Assembly (NCBI GenBank): GCA_963770895.1
Contig: CAVYRF010000002.1
Coordinates: 3,808,001-3,872,000, forward strand
Source of the DNA: an uncultured Acidobacteriota bacterium
GTDB taxonomy: Bacteria; Acidobacteriota; Thermoanaerobaculia; Multivoradales; UBA5704
Length of the DNA: 64,000 nucleotides
Reading direction: 5' to 3'
In this document: piece by piece, positions 20,591-31,136 of the stretch
Numbering within the stretch: position 1 is the first letter of the stretch
Layout of the letters: the number at the start of each line of letters is the position of its first letter
The notes under the pieces: generated by a model
Seen by the model: the letters and a program-made list of their open reading frames with translations, nothing else
What the model was told of the DNA's origin: nothing
The model's database searches: none
Program-made: the position numbers and the translations under genes

Positions 20591-21531
20591 GCACCCTCGG
20601 TCAGGCCCTCGAAACCTACCTCGCCCTACGGCGCGGGCTCGGCTCGGAGCTGCGGGAGCCGGGCGCTTACCTGCATCGTTTTGTCGAGTTCCTCGACCGC
20701 GAAGGGACAGCCGTTGTCACGACGCAGCTTGCGCTGCGCTGGGCGACGGCACCGACCCACGCCACACCCGCCACCTGGGCACAGCGGTTGGCCGATGTGC
20801 GCCGCTTCGCCGCCTGGCTCAGCGCCACGGACCCTCGTACTGAGATCCCGCCACCTGGCCTGTTGCCTGACCGTTACCGGCGGCGACCGCCCTACATCTA
20901 CAGCGATAAGGAGGTCGCGCGCATCGTTGGCGAGGCCGCGCGACTTGTCTCGCCCTGCGGACTGCGAGCACTCACATACGGCGCGCTCTTCGGCCTTCTC
21001 GCCGCCACCGGTCTGCGTCTCGGTGAGGCACTCGCCCTCGATCGTGACGATGTCGACCTCAGTGCCGGCATCCTGGCGGTACGGCGTGCGAAGTTTGGCA
21101 AGTCCCGTTTCGTTCCTGTCCATGACTCGACACGAAAGGCCTTACGTCGCTACGCGCAGCAGCGGGATCGTCTCCTTCGGCGGCCGGTGTCGCCGGCCTT
21201 CCTTCTGTCCGATCGCGGCAGCCGCATTAGCCAGTGCAGTGCCCGGTATAACTTCGCCATCGTTTCCCGGGCCGCTGGCCTCCGCCCGCCCACGCGCGGA
21301 GGTCGCCATGGTCGCGGTCCGCGGCTTCACGACATGCGGCACCGGCTCGCAGCGAAAGTGCTCGTCCGCTGGTACCGCGAGGGACGCGACGTGGAGCGTG
21401 AGCTCCCCAAGCTGTCCGCCTACCTCGGCCACGTCCATGTCGCCGACACCTACTGGTACATCGAGGCGGTCCCAGAGCTCCTGCGGCTGGCCACTGAGCG
21501 GGCGACCCGCCCGCGGAAGGAAGCGCCGTGA
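20587..21531 (+). CDS. ritB: RIT tyrosine recombinase B
   Basis: TGLRLGEAL, KFGKSR, HDMRH, YLGH..TYWY; ATGA overlap. Confidence 0.9.
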   Translation: MSTLGQALETYLALRRGLGSELREPGAYLHRFVEFLDREGTAVVTTQLALRWATAPTHATPATWAQRLADVRRFAAWLSATDPRTEIPPPGLLPDRYRRRPPYIYSDKEVARIVGEAARLVSPCGLRALTYGALFGLLAATGLRLGEALALDRDDVDLSAGILAVRRAKFGKSRFVPVHDSTRKALRRYAQQRDRLLRRPVSPAFLLSDRGSRISQCSARYNFAIVSRAAGLRPPTRGGRHGRGPRLHDMRHRLAAKVLVRWYREGRDVERELPKLSAYLGHVHVADTYWYIEAVPELLRLATERATRPRKEAP

Positions 21532-22522
21532 GCACTTCCGATTTCCCAGCGATGCTCCAGGCTTTCTTCACCGAACGCTTGCTCACCCAGCGGCGGGCCA
21601 GCCCGCACACCGTGGCCTCCTACCGCAATACCTTTCGCTTGCTCCTACGCTTCGCCGCTGAGCAGCTCGGCCGCGCCCCCTCCGGCATCTCGCTTACAGA
21701 TCTCGACGCCGCGTTTCTCGGCAAGTTCCTCGACCACCTCGAGCGCGAGCGCGCAACTCCGCTCGCAGCCGCAACGTCCGCCTCGCGGCGCTCCATGCCT
21801 TCTTCCGATATGTCGCCTTCACCGATCCAGCCCACGCGCTGCTTTGCCAGCGAAACCTCGCCATCCCGAGTAAACGCTTCGAGCGCGGGATCGTGGAGTT
21901 CCTCGGCGAAAGCGAGGTCGAAGCTCTCCTCGATGCCCCAGATCTTGCCACCTGGATCGGACGGCGCGACCATGCGCTCCTTCTCGTCGGCGTCCAGACC
22001 GGCCTGCGCGTTTCCGAGTTGACCGCCCTCTGTCATCAAGACGTGACGTTTGGCGCCGGCGCCCACGTCCGCTGCCAAGGCAAGGGGCGAAAGCTCCGCT
22101 GCACGCCCCTGCGCCGCGACGTCATGCGAGTCTTGAAGGCATGGCTGCGTGAGCAGCCGCTGGAACCTGACAGGCCGGTCTTTCCCAGCTCGCGCGGCGG
22201 CCGGATGAGCGAGGACGCCGTCGAGCGACTGGTGGCGAAGCACGTCACCGCCGCGCAACAATGTTGCCCGTCCCTCGTTGGCAAGAAGGTCACACCGCAT
22301 ACGCTTCGCCACACGGCCGCGATGCGGTTGCTCCAAAGCGGAGTGGACCGCAGCGTCATCGCCCTCTGGCTTGGCCACGAGTCCATCGAAACCACCCAGA
22401 TGTACCTGCACGCGGATCTTGGCCTGAAAGAAAAGGCCCTGGCGCGCACGGACTCCTCACAGCGGGCTCCGGGGCGCTACCGTCCGAAAGACACTCTCTT
22501 GACTTTCCTGGAGGGCCTCTGA
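21528..22522 (+). pseudogene. ritC: RIT tyrosine recombinase C, with a 1-bp deletion near 21752
   Basis: HLERER then shifted (G)NSARSRNVRLAALHAFFRY..TGLRVSEL..HTLRHT..WLGHESIETTQMY; could be a sequencing error. Confidence 0.85.
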
Positions 22523-23189
22523 TTATCCCGCGTCCGATGGCTGCCCAAGGCAGAGCCACGCCGCTGCACACCTCCAACTCGGGATAATCCGGCGCTCGGG
22601 ATAATGCCGGTTATCCCGCGCGCGGGATAAGCGGCACACCTTCGCCTCCTACCTCGCTATGTCGGGCGCGACACTCCCGGAGCTGGCGGCGGCGCTCGGC
22701 CACAAGACCTTGGCCATGGTCCAGCGGTACGCCCACCTGGCCCCGGCTCACACGGCTGGGGTGGTGCGGCGGATGACGGAGAAGTTCCTTTCGGACGGCC
22801 CGGTTGCGACATGAGCGGACTCTTACAAACACAGGGACTTGCGTCATTGCAGTCCCAGAATGGCGGGCGCGATCGCGGTGCCCATCGACGAGCGGCTAGC
22901 CCAGGGGTCGCGGCGCGGCTGGGGCGGAGCATCCCCCCGGCCTCTGGTCCGGGGGGGCGGACCTCTGCTGCGCCCCCGTCGTGGTGCGCTGAATCACGTA
23001 GGAGAGCGACGGTACAGATGCACGATTGACGGGAAGGCAGGCTCTGAGCTGGTGAAAGAATTGCGTTTTTCCGCACAGCTTGTGGTGTTCCGCCAGGGTC
23101 GCTGAGCCGTGTCCTGGCTAAGGCGCGATCGGGTATCGAGTGAGCTTGGGTCAGGCGGGAATGCCTGGTTGGATGCAGGTGGCGGTGGT

Positions 23190-23560
23190 CGCCAAAGAGG
23201 GCAATGGGGTGCGGCGAAGCACCGACAGAGCCAGCGCGTCCCCGAGGCTCACGCCCTGGCGGCCGGCGGTAGTGACGAAGCCCGAGCGCAGGCTGTGACC
23301 GCCAAACTCTTGCGGGTCGTAGCCGGCCAGGGCGGCGCGTGCTTTGCCGACGCCGGGGACGCTGCGGTCGGATAGTCCGGCGCCGCCGCGGAAGTGCCGC
23401 GAAAGCGGGCGAAAGAGCGGCCTTCGGTCACTCCTGCCTTGGCGATCCAGGCGGCGACCGCGTGACCGGCGCAATCGACGGCGGGCAGCACGACGCCGAC
23501 GCCGGTCTGGCCGGTTTTGCTGCGCCGCACCGGCGAAGGCCGCGAGCTACCGATAGTAGT
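23190..23560 (-). pseudogene. Cre-like site-specific recombinase remnant
   Basis: Fragments RRSKTGQTG..AWIAKAGVTEG and GGHSLRSGFVTTA in different frames. Confidence 0.7.
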
Positions 23561-23622
23561 GCGCGCCGGCGAGGCGACCTGCCATTGACGAACTTGAACT
23601 TTGTACTCTATGCTGCAATGAC

Positions 23623-24744
23623 GTGCCACTGACATTTAATCGCGTGCAGATGCGGTTTTTCGACCTGCATGTCTGCCTGCCGCCGCTCCTCGATCCGACG
23701 CTCCTGCGTCGCGAGTTCGCTCTCCTGACGGAACGCAAGGACTATGCGCAGCGGTTCGTCGAGGTGACGGCATTGGAGCTTCCTCGCCTCGTCGTGCACT
23801 CGCTCGGCCGCGCGCTACGGCGCAACCGCTTCTGGAATCGCTACGGCGCGATCCTGGTGCCGGGCCTGCCAGCGGTCAGCAGAGCGGTCTGGGATCTCCA
23901 GGTGCCGCTTCGCCTCCAGGCGCGCGGCCTCGACGTCAAGTACGCGCCCGATCCGCGCGCCCAGGTGGCCGCCTCGGCATACCTGTTCCCTGCCGGCTGG
24001 TCGACGCAACTCGTGATTACCCTTGGCCAGCCGCAAACGCTCACCCAAGTCTCCGACATCGTCGCGAGCATCCTCCACGACACGCCGTTTCAGCTCGGCG
24101 CGATACCGCGGCGTCTCTCGCAAGTGTTTGCCGAGTGCGCCGGCCGCTGGCGCGAGGCGATCCATGGCTGCGACGTGCAGACCACCCTCCTGCGCGCGCG
24201 TCATCGGGTGATCGAGCTGCTGAGCCACGAAGAGGTCCCGGCATTCGGCGCGTCGACGTCGGGTACGTTCGCCATGTCCGATGCCGATCGCGCCCGCGTC
24301 CACAGCGCACTACTCGGTAGCACCATTTCGCTTCCCGATCTGATCGCCCGTGAGAAGGCGCCGAATTTCCTCTGCACCCGGTTCTCCCACGGCGACTTCG
24401 CCCTGACCTATTTCGATCAAGGGACGCTCCTGTCGCTCTCCAACACCGTGCGCAAAGGAAAGACCCAAAAGGTCGCTGACTGCGTCGCCAGCAATGTTGC
24501 CGCCTGCACGTCGATGGCCTATTTTCTCGCGGGATTCCTCAACGGAGCGCAGGACTTAGCCGCCGCCGAACCGCGCATCGCGGCCCTCTGCCACGGCGCC
24601 CGGAGCGCCCTGCGACAGCTGCCGCAAACCTACGACAATGAATTCTGCCGGGACCTCTTCGCGAGCCACGGCACTCTGGCGAAGCTCAGCAGCGACCCGC
24701 TCCCGGCTGCAACCGCGCCGAAGGAGGCCGCCGGCGGTGCCTGA
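23623..24744 (+). CDS. Hypothetical protein (373 aa)
   Basis: Long ORF with globular composition; overlaps the next gene start. Confidence 0.65.
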   Translation: MPLTFNRVQMRFFDLHVCLPPLLDPTLLRREFALLTERKDYAQRFVEVTALELPRLVVHSLGRALRRNRFWNRYGAILVPGLPAVSRAVWDLQVPLRLQARGLDVKYAPDPRAQVAASAYLFPAGWSTQLVITLGQPQTLTQVSDIVASILHDTPFQLGAIPRRLSQVFAECAGRWREAIHGCDVQTTLLRARHRVIELLSHEEVPAFGASTSGTFAMSDADRARVHSALLGSTISLPDLIAREKAPNFLCTRFSHGDFALTYFDQGTLLSLSNTVRKGKTQKVADCVASNVAACTSMAYFLAGFLNGAQDLAAAEPRIAALCHGARSALRQLPQTYDNEFCRDLFASHGTLAKLSSDPLPAATAPKEAAGGA

Positions 24745-25966
24745 TGCCGCGCCGCGCAGACTTCGGCGCTGGACGTTCGCCCTCCTGTTGGGTCTGCTCG
24801 CCGCAACCGGTGGCAGCGCCGACGAACCGGCCCTGCCCAAAGCGAACTTCACCCTGGTCCTGGAGCAGACGGCGCTGCGCGTTCGCACCAGCGTGCCGAT
24901 CCATCTCCTGGTCGAAAATCCATCCGGGGTACTCTTGCAGAGCCCCACCCTCACAGTACGCGGCCCGCGCGGCTTCACGCTGCGCGAACCCCCGCCCGGT
25001 ACGAGCTGCACATTCCAATCGGCGGCTGGCGGCGACGACGACCACCAGGTGACGATCGGTGCGCAGCTGCCCGCCCACTCGTTGCTGCAACGCGAACTAT
25101 GCCTGCAGGTGGGCAACGTCGCGGAGGCGGATCTGAACCTGCTGTTCGTCCTGAGCTTCAGGTTGCCGGTGGCCGGCGGCTGGGCGGCCTCGGCGAGCAC
25201 CTCCACTCAGCCGGTACAGGTGGGGCTGCTCGGTACCGAAACGATCGGCGGCACCTCTCTGCGTCTCGTGACGTTCTTCCTACCGGGAGTGATCCTTCTC
25301 TTCATGCTCCGGCTCTTCCGCGTGCCGGTCGTTGGCGATCTCAACAGCACCGAGCAGGGGTTCGCGGCGATCGGGGTGTCGGCGGTCCTGGCCGCCCTTG
25401 CCGAGGCAATCGGACCCGGTTTGCGAGGCGAACACTCCAGCTCCCTGTCCCTCGTGATCCTCTGCGGCCTAGGTATGGGGCTCGGGGTCGCGCTCGGCAT
25501 TTTCTGGCGCCTATACGTCTGGCTTGAGCGGCTGCGGATCGAGGGGTTGGTGGTACAAAAGGACGATACCGACGAAACGATCCGGCGCAAGCTGTTCGCC
25601 GCGGCAAAGGAGCACAACGTGCTGATACGGCTCAAGGACGGCATAGAGCTGATCGGCTCGTGCAGCGTCGAGGCCTGGAACGGCTACGTCCTGGGCTCTT
25701 GGTACGAGGTCGCGGCCCCGGCCGACCAACACCTGCTGCAGATCTTGAAAGAGAATAGCAAGGCCGGAAACTGGCAGTGCATGCTGCGCAGCGCCGAGCA
25801 GGCCCACCTCGATGTCACCATCCGCAACTTTGTCCTAAAGCGGGCGCCAGGCCAAGGGCAGCTCGTTCCTCTGTCTGCCACAGTAGTCCATCTCAGAACC
25901 GAGGAGTTGGACGAAGTCAAACCGACCAGGGAGGGCTCCCCGGACGGCCCTCTGTCGCTCGCCTGA
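24737..25966 (+). CDS. Hypothetical membrane protein (signal peptide, extracellular beta domain, ~3 TM, cytoplasmic tail)
   Basis: GTG at 24737 after AAGGAGG; WTFALLLGLLAA signal; TM segments mid-protein. Confidence 0.65.
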   Translation: MPDAAPRRLRRWTFALLLGLLAATGGSADEPALPKANFTLVLEQTALRVRTSVPIHLLVENPSGVLLQSPTLTVRGPRGFTLREPPPGTSCTFQSAAGGDDDHQVTIGAQLPAHSLLQRELCLQVGNVAEADLNLLFVLSFRLPVAGGWAASASTSTQPVQVGLLGTETIGGTSLRLVTFFLPGVILLFMLRLFRVPVVGDLNSTEQGFAAIGVSAVLAALAEAIGPGLRGEHSSSLSLVILCGLGMGLGVALGIFWRLYVWLERLRIEGLVVQKDDTDETIRRKLFAAAKEHNVLIRLKDGIELIGSCSVEAWNGYVLGSWYEVAAPADQHLLQILKENSKAGNWQCMLRSAEQAHLDVTIRNFVLKRAPGQGQLVPLSATVVHLRTEELDEVKPTREGSPDGPLSLA

Positions 25967-26331
25967 AGCCGTCCGTCGCGACCGCCGGCGGAATAGATCC
26001 CCTAAAAGCCCAGTGCCGGCCCGAAAGCCGGCACGGTAAATCAGCGAACATGACGTTCGCCTTGGGTGCGTACACCCTCGCTTCGATGCAAGAGTAGCAC
26101 GCAACGGCGAATCGCGTCAGCGCCGCGGGACTTGTTTGTGTCTGGTCCTCGCGCCGTCAGGAACTTCACGACACCCCCTCCTGTGGCCGCACGGCGAGGT
26201 CCAAGGGGAGTACTCCACAGACGTGCTCCGAGCATGTGGCTGCCATGCCGCCGGCAGCGACGTCCAGCCAGGGTCTCGGCGGTGGCGGCGCTGGTGGGGA
26301 AGATTTCTACGGTGTCGGGAGCTGTGTCATT

Positions 26332-26585
26332 CTAAGGCTTTGAGAAGACAAAAAGGTTTCCATTTCCCGTTGGGTAGACCAATACCAGGCGCCAGCCCTG
26401 CTGCCCATAGCCTGTCAGGCCGGTCTGCAGCTGCTTCTGTGTAATGTAAGGGGAGGCTGTGGCGACTGTGTACTGAATGGCGGCGGGCGAAGTGGCCTCA
26501 TGGACCTCAGCCTGGCGCGAGAAAGAGGTGCCGAGGTTTGCCGCCAGGAGCACGATCACGATAATGGCGATTCCGAACCAGCGAT
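26332..26585 (-). CDS. Small DUF4177-like protein (start damaged)
   Basis: Hydrophobic N-terminus; LTGYGQQGWRLVLV resembles the L..LG.EGWELV motif. Confidence 0.45.
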
Positions 26586-26939
26586 GTCAACGACCTCTGC
26601 TACTCACCATTCACGTCCACTGCGGTCAACGTTGCGATCTGATCGGATGATCCGACCGCGGGGTGGATGAGCGGCTCGCTCGCCGCGCCGCGTGCGCTCA
26701 AACCTCGGTCATCAGCGCCTTCGGGCCATTCCATGCGCCGGTTCCAGATACCCAGCACACGATGGACCACCCCGGCGCATTGGGGTTCCGGTCTGGTGGA
26801 CTGTGAAGACACCGGTTTGGCCTAAGGTCTAGTGAAACACTAGCACCAATGATGGCTTGAAGCAAGTGTCTAGGGAAGTGACAAAGCCCGGCGACGCAGG
26901 AGCGCTTCGACGCGCTGCGAGCGCGAGGTGCCGCACCAC

Positions 26940-27120
26940 AACAGTTTGCGGCGCAGCGATGGTCGGAAGGGGCCGGAAGAGCAGGGCATCCGCAAGGCTG
27001 AAGACGGCAGTCGTACCGCCGATGCCCAGAGCAAGCGACACGATAGCGATCGCACTCGCGATCGGAGTCTTGCGGAGCCGGCGGACGGCGAACTTGAGCT
27101 CGTCTCGAAGGCGGTCATTT
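26940..27120 (-). pseudogene. MacB/ADOP-type ABC permease N-terminal fragment
   Basis: DELKFAVRRLRKTP..VSLALGIGGTTAVFSLADALLFRPLP, then truncated. Confidence 0.8.
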
Positions 27121-27339
27121 CGCGGCTGGTAGCGATGTGCGGGGGCGTCAATAGCTGCCCAGGGACCCGTGGTCTTTTACGAAACCGATGGCTCTTTGGA
27201 AAAGGAAGACGCCGAGAGCGAAGTAGAAGAGTCCATTGCAGGCTGCGAGGAGGACTTGAGGGAGGTTGAGAGGCCCGCCGCGGGCGACCTGATCGCGGAG
27301 GATGCCGGCACTGGCGCTCAGCGGAAGCAGAAGGTTGGG

Positions 27340-27750
27340 CTACCGACCGGTGCGGAAGGTCTCGAAAGGGGGGAAGGCCGGTAGGACGAGGCCGAACTGG
27401 GCCAGGTTGAGGAGGGTGCCGGGTCGTTTGAAGATCAGGACGAGGGAGCCTAATGCGAATCCGATTCCGTAGGCGCCGGCGAGGGCGGCGAGAAGGGGAG
27501 CCGTCGCAGACCAGGGGAAGTGCAGGCGGACGCCGGTCGCGAGGAGGATAACTCCGAGGACGACGGCGTTCATCGCTAGGGTCATGGCTTGATTGGCGAG
27601 AGCGCGTACGAGGAACAGCGAGCGCACAGTGTGGGGGGAGATGAAGAGCTGCTCCAAGATGCCGGTCTGGGATTCAGCCTGGAGGCCAAGGGCGATTTCG
27701 CCGGTGGAAAAGACGACGATGTTCCAGAGCACGTAGCCGACGATGAGCGA
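27340..27750 (-). pseudogene. ABC-2 type permease fragment
   Basis: AESQTGILEQLFISP, GIGFALGSLVLIFKR; no start, breaks off. Confidence 0.7.
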
Positions 27751-28658
27751 GCCGAGACGGCTGCGCGGTTCTTGTGCGCTCCGGCCTACGGCGGCCGCTG
27801 CCGCGGCGGGAGGCGGCCTCGGACTCCAGGTCCAGCGCCGTGGTCATGCCCTCCAGGTAGAGGTACACCTCCGTTGCCGAGAGAGGAATCGTGAGCCGTC
27901 CGGTGCCGGCGCGCACGGTGTAGGCGCGGCCAGCGACGAAGTCGACTGGCTCCGGCTCTGCCGCGATTGCCAGTGCGTCGGCCGCAGCCAGTTCGAGACG
28001 GGCGTTGAGGGTTTCGAGCCTGGGCAGGCAGCCTGCAAGCTCGTCGATCTCAGCCGCGGAGAGCGGCGCCGCCGGCAGCGGGGCTGGCACGCGATGCCAC
28101 CGCGCTTGGTTCTCCCTGAGGTCCAGCCCCCGGTCCGCGCCTTCGAGGTAGGTGCGCGCATCGGACCAACAGAGCGGCAAGGTCAGGGGCCGGTGTGTCG
28201 GCAGATCTGGTAAGGCCGGCCGAAGACTCCGGGGATGGGCGGACACGGCTCGATGGCGAACCGGTTGTTGCCCTGCAGGCCGAGCCGCCGGTTGAGAGTG
28301 CGCGCTGCACGCGCTGGGTGAGATTCGTCGGTGGGAAGGGTTGTGATGGGAGGCATGCGCCGGGGCGTTATGACTTGCGTTAATGGTATCAAAAAGCAAT
28401 GAGCGCCCCAACCTTTGGGGCTCGAAGAGGGGACGGGTGGTGCTCCAGGGTGGGGTCGGCCATGCCCCTTGCGCGGTTTGCCGCCTACCGTCTGGGTTCG
28501 TACAGCAAGGGTGGAGGTTCAGGGCAGGCGGGGAGATGCGGTCCAATCGCGGCGGAGCGCCGTAGCTGCATTGTTCGTCTTCCCATCGCGTCCGGCAGCC
28601 TGGGCGCCAGATTTCGGCGTTTGCCTCTGCTATCCTCGGCGCCATAAGGGTTCTCCGT

Positions 28659-29210
28659 ATGCGAAAGAGCGGCCGACACCGACGGACGTTGCCGCCAAAG
28701 AAGGGCGCGGCCCCGTTGCTTGCCTTAGCCCTGGCGATGCTGTCCTGCGGCGGCGCGGTCCACGCCCAAGACGTGGACGAACCGAAGGCGATCATCGAGC
28801 TCGGGGCGGCCGGCGAATGGACCGCTCCAGATGGCCGATCGAGCTACGGCCCCTCACTCGCCGTCGAGACCACCCCGATCGAGCATTGGCTGGAGATCGA
28901 AGGTGGCATTTCGCCCTTGTTCAGCCGAGGCCAGACCGAGTGGGACGTCGACCTACTCTTCAAGAAGCCCTTCACGATCTCCGATACCGCAGAATTCATG
29001 GCCGGTATCGGCCCCACCTGGAGCCACATCGTCCTGCACGGCCGAAGAGATCACGCCTGGGGCGCCGAAGCGGCGTTGGACTTTATGTTCTGGCCCTGGA
29101 AAGGGCGCAGGCTCGGCTGGTATGTCGAGCCCAGCTGGGGGTATAGCTTCAACGCCGGTCATGAGCGGGCGCTCAGCGCCAGCGCCGGAGTCCTCGTCCC
29201 CATCCCCTGA
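28659..29210 (+). CDS. Putative small outer-membrane beta-barrel protein
   Basis: Signal peptide (..AVHA-Q); amphipathic strands (WLEIEGG, DLLFKKPF, GWYVEPSWGYSF). Confidence 0.7.
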   Translation: MRKSGRHRRTLPPKKGAAPLLALALAMLSCGGAVHAQDVDEPKAIIELGAAGEWTAPDGRSSYGPSLAVETTPIEHWLEIEGGISPLFSRGQTEWDVDLLFKKPFTISDTAEFMAGIGPTWSHIVLHGRRDHAWGAEAALDFMFWPWKGRRLGWYVEPSWGYSFNAGHERALSASAGVLVPIP

Positions 29211-29477
29211 CCGTACGTTCATCCCGGCGCTCCGGCATCCGCTCGGGACGAGATCCATCCCTGTTGCGCAAGGATCGGGACAAGGGGTTGCCGACGGCAT
29301 GCGCGAGTGGGCCATAGGCTTTGGCCTGACAGGACCGGCCTGTCCTGGCGCAAGGGAGCGGCCTGGCGTCCGCGGCGTGCCGCGACGCTGCCGCTCAGCC
29401 GAGCGATGGCGCGGAGGCGCGGCTTGGGTGGCGGGCAATCGGTGTGGTGGACACTTGCCTGGTAGGGCGGACGCAGC

Positions 29478-30989
29478 TCACGTGGCGATGGATAGGGCGG
29501 GCTGAGCCCGGTGCTGCAGGAGGTCGAGGGCGCGACGGGCCTGGTCAAGAGTCGCGGCGTCGCGCTTGGCAGCATCGCAGAAGAGGCGGAGGGCTGCGAG
29601 CGCCTCGCGGTCCACGCGGCGCGAGGTCAAGATCCAGACCATGCTTGCAGCCAAGTGGCGCACCTCGGCGGTGCGGCCCTGGTCGAGATAGATCAGCGCG
29701 AGCTCCAAGGAGACGATGGCGGCACCGAACGCCTGGCCTTCGTCTTCAGACTGCTTCTTGACCTCCTCGAAGGCGGCACACGCTTCCGCCTGGCGGCCGC
29801 GGCCTGCCGCCACGCGGCCGGTCAGCCAGACGACCTGCATTTGGTCGTGGGCGTTGCCAAGCTCAAGCGCCTGCTGGCGGAGGCGCGGAAGCTGCGCCTC
29901 CACCTCGGCGTAGTGGCCCAGATGGCACCGGCTGACACCGAGATTGAACTCCAGCACCCAGGTCAGGCGAGGGTCATCGTCGGCCGCGATGTGCGGAGCG
30001 GCGTCGTGGAGAGCCGCGATGGCGGCGGTTGCATCGCCTGATAGTTCCAGGGTGTAGGCACGATTAAGGAGGATTCGGGCCGTGGCGCCTGGCGGCGCGA
30101 TCGCGGCGGCGCGATCGAGCAGGTCGAACGCCGGCTGGAACTGGCGGGTGTCGCGGCGAAGCGAGGCTTCGAGATCGAGCAGACGCCATTCCTCAAGGCC
30201 GATGTCACCTACGTCGGCACCCGACCGCCACAGGTTCCAGGCGGCCGTGAACTCTGCCGCAGCCGCGACCAAGTCGCCGGCCACACGCCGGGCATTGCCG
30301 AGGAACGCGCGCGCGTAGCCTTGGAGCCGCAAGCGCCAGCGTTCGCCGCCAGGGACAAGCTGGGCTACCTCAACGGCGAGCTGGGCCAGGTCGAGGGCTG
30401 CGACGGCCCCCTTCGGCGCCTCGCGCGCGCTTTCCTCGCATAGCCTTTCCGCGAAGGCCCAGGTCTGGAGCTCAGGACCCTGCTCGACCAGCCACCGCCG
30501 TTCTGCGGCGGTGCAGGTTGCGATTCGGTCCCAGGCGCGGGCCGCGTCCTCACGATCGGCAGGTGACGGCGGCCCAGGCTCCAGCGTCGCGGCCTCGGCG
30601 GCATCCGCAGCCGCATCGACCCCGGCCAAGACCAAGTCCATCGCCTCACGGATGGCGGTCTCAAGAGCGGCATGGTCCAGCGGTGCGAGATCCTGGGTCG
30701 CCCTGGGTCCGCGATCGTCCCGCGGTCGACCCGCCGCGGTCGACGCCGCCCGTTCACGTGCGGTGCGCAGGACGGGGAGTAAGCGGTGTTCGACCCAGGA
30801 GAGCTCCAGGCCCACGGCGGCGACGATCCGCGCCAGGACGTCCGGAGAGATCGGGTCGCCCGATTCGAAGCGGGAGATCGAGGGCTGGGCGAGCCGGGCT
30901 GCGTCGGCGAGGGTGCGCTGATCCCAGCCGCGGAGGGCGCGCAGCAGAGGGAGGAGTATCCGGGCATCCGCATCTTTATAGGGGGGCAT
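29478..30989 (-). CDS. XRE-HTH + TPR transcriptional regulator (receptor 1, 503 aa)
   Basis: ATG at 30989 after GGAGGAG; LRALRGWDQRTLADAARLAQPSISRFESG HTH followed by TPR-like helices. Confidence 0.85.
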   Translation of the reverse strand: MPPYKDADARILLPLLRALRGWDQRTLADAARLAQPSISRFESGDPISPDVLARIVAAVGLELSWVEHRLLPVLRTARERAASTAAGRPRDDRGPRATQDLAPLDHAALETAIREAMDLVLAGVDAAADAAEAATLEPGPPSPADREDAARAWDRIATCTAAERRWLVEQGPELQTWAFAERLCEESAREAPKGAVAALDLAQLAVEVAQLVPGGERWRLRLQGYARAFLGNARRVAGDLVAAAAEFTAAWNLWRSGADVGDIGLEEWRLLDLEASLRRDTRQFQPAFDLLDRAAAIAPPGATARILLNRAYTLELSGDATAAIAALHDAAPHIAADDDPRLTWVLEFNLGVSRCHLGHYAEVEAQLPRLRQQALELGNAHDQMQVVWLTGRVAAGRGRQAEACAAFEEVKKQSEDEGQAFGAAIVSLELALIYLDQGRTAEVRHLAASMVWILTSRRVDREALAALRLFCDAAKRDAATLDQARRALDLLQHRAQPALSIAT

Positions 30990-31006
30990 GGCGTCAACTC
31001 CTCCGA

Positions 31007-31041
31007 GGCATGTATGCCATATACGGAAAAAGTGTATTTTT
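31007..31041. promoter_or_regulatory. Candidate operator in the divergent regulator/peptide spacer
   Basis: Palindrome GGCAT-GT-ATGCC (31007-18) and AAAAA-N5-TTTTT (31027-41) in an AT-rich patch. Confidence 0.35.
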
Positions 31042-31136
31042 AACCTCTGTTGTCGTCCCGGCGGATGGTCCATGGAGGCGGCCGGGTTCGGGCCAATGTC
31101 GACCGCGAACGGCGGCGCCTCATGAAAGGACTTCTC

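Larger units (their letters stand above)
19199..22636 (+). mobile_element. RIT (recombinase-in-trio) element
   Basis: Three overlapping tyrosine recombinase genes; perfect 35-bp inverted repeats at 19199-19233 and 22574-22608; terminal palindrome at 22611-22630. Confidence 0.92.
18300..22814 (+). pseudogene. Island tyrosine integrase, frameshifted and split by the RIT element
   Basis: 18300-19202 (TGARQGEL..KNDE..FHFHDLRH, frameshift at 19044-51) joins 22635-22814 (HTFASYLAMSGATL..LGHKTLAMVQRYAHL*). Confidence 0.92.
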
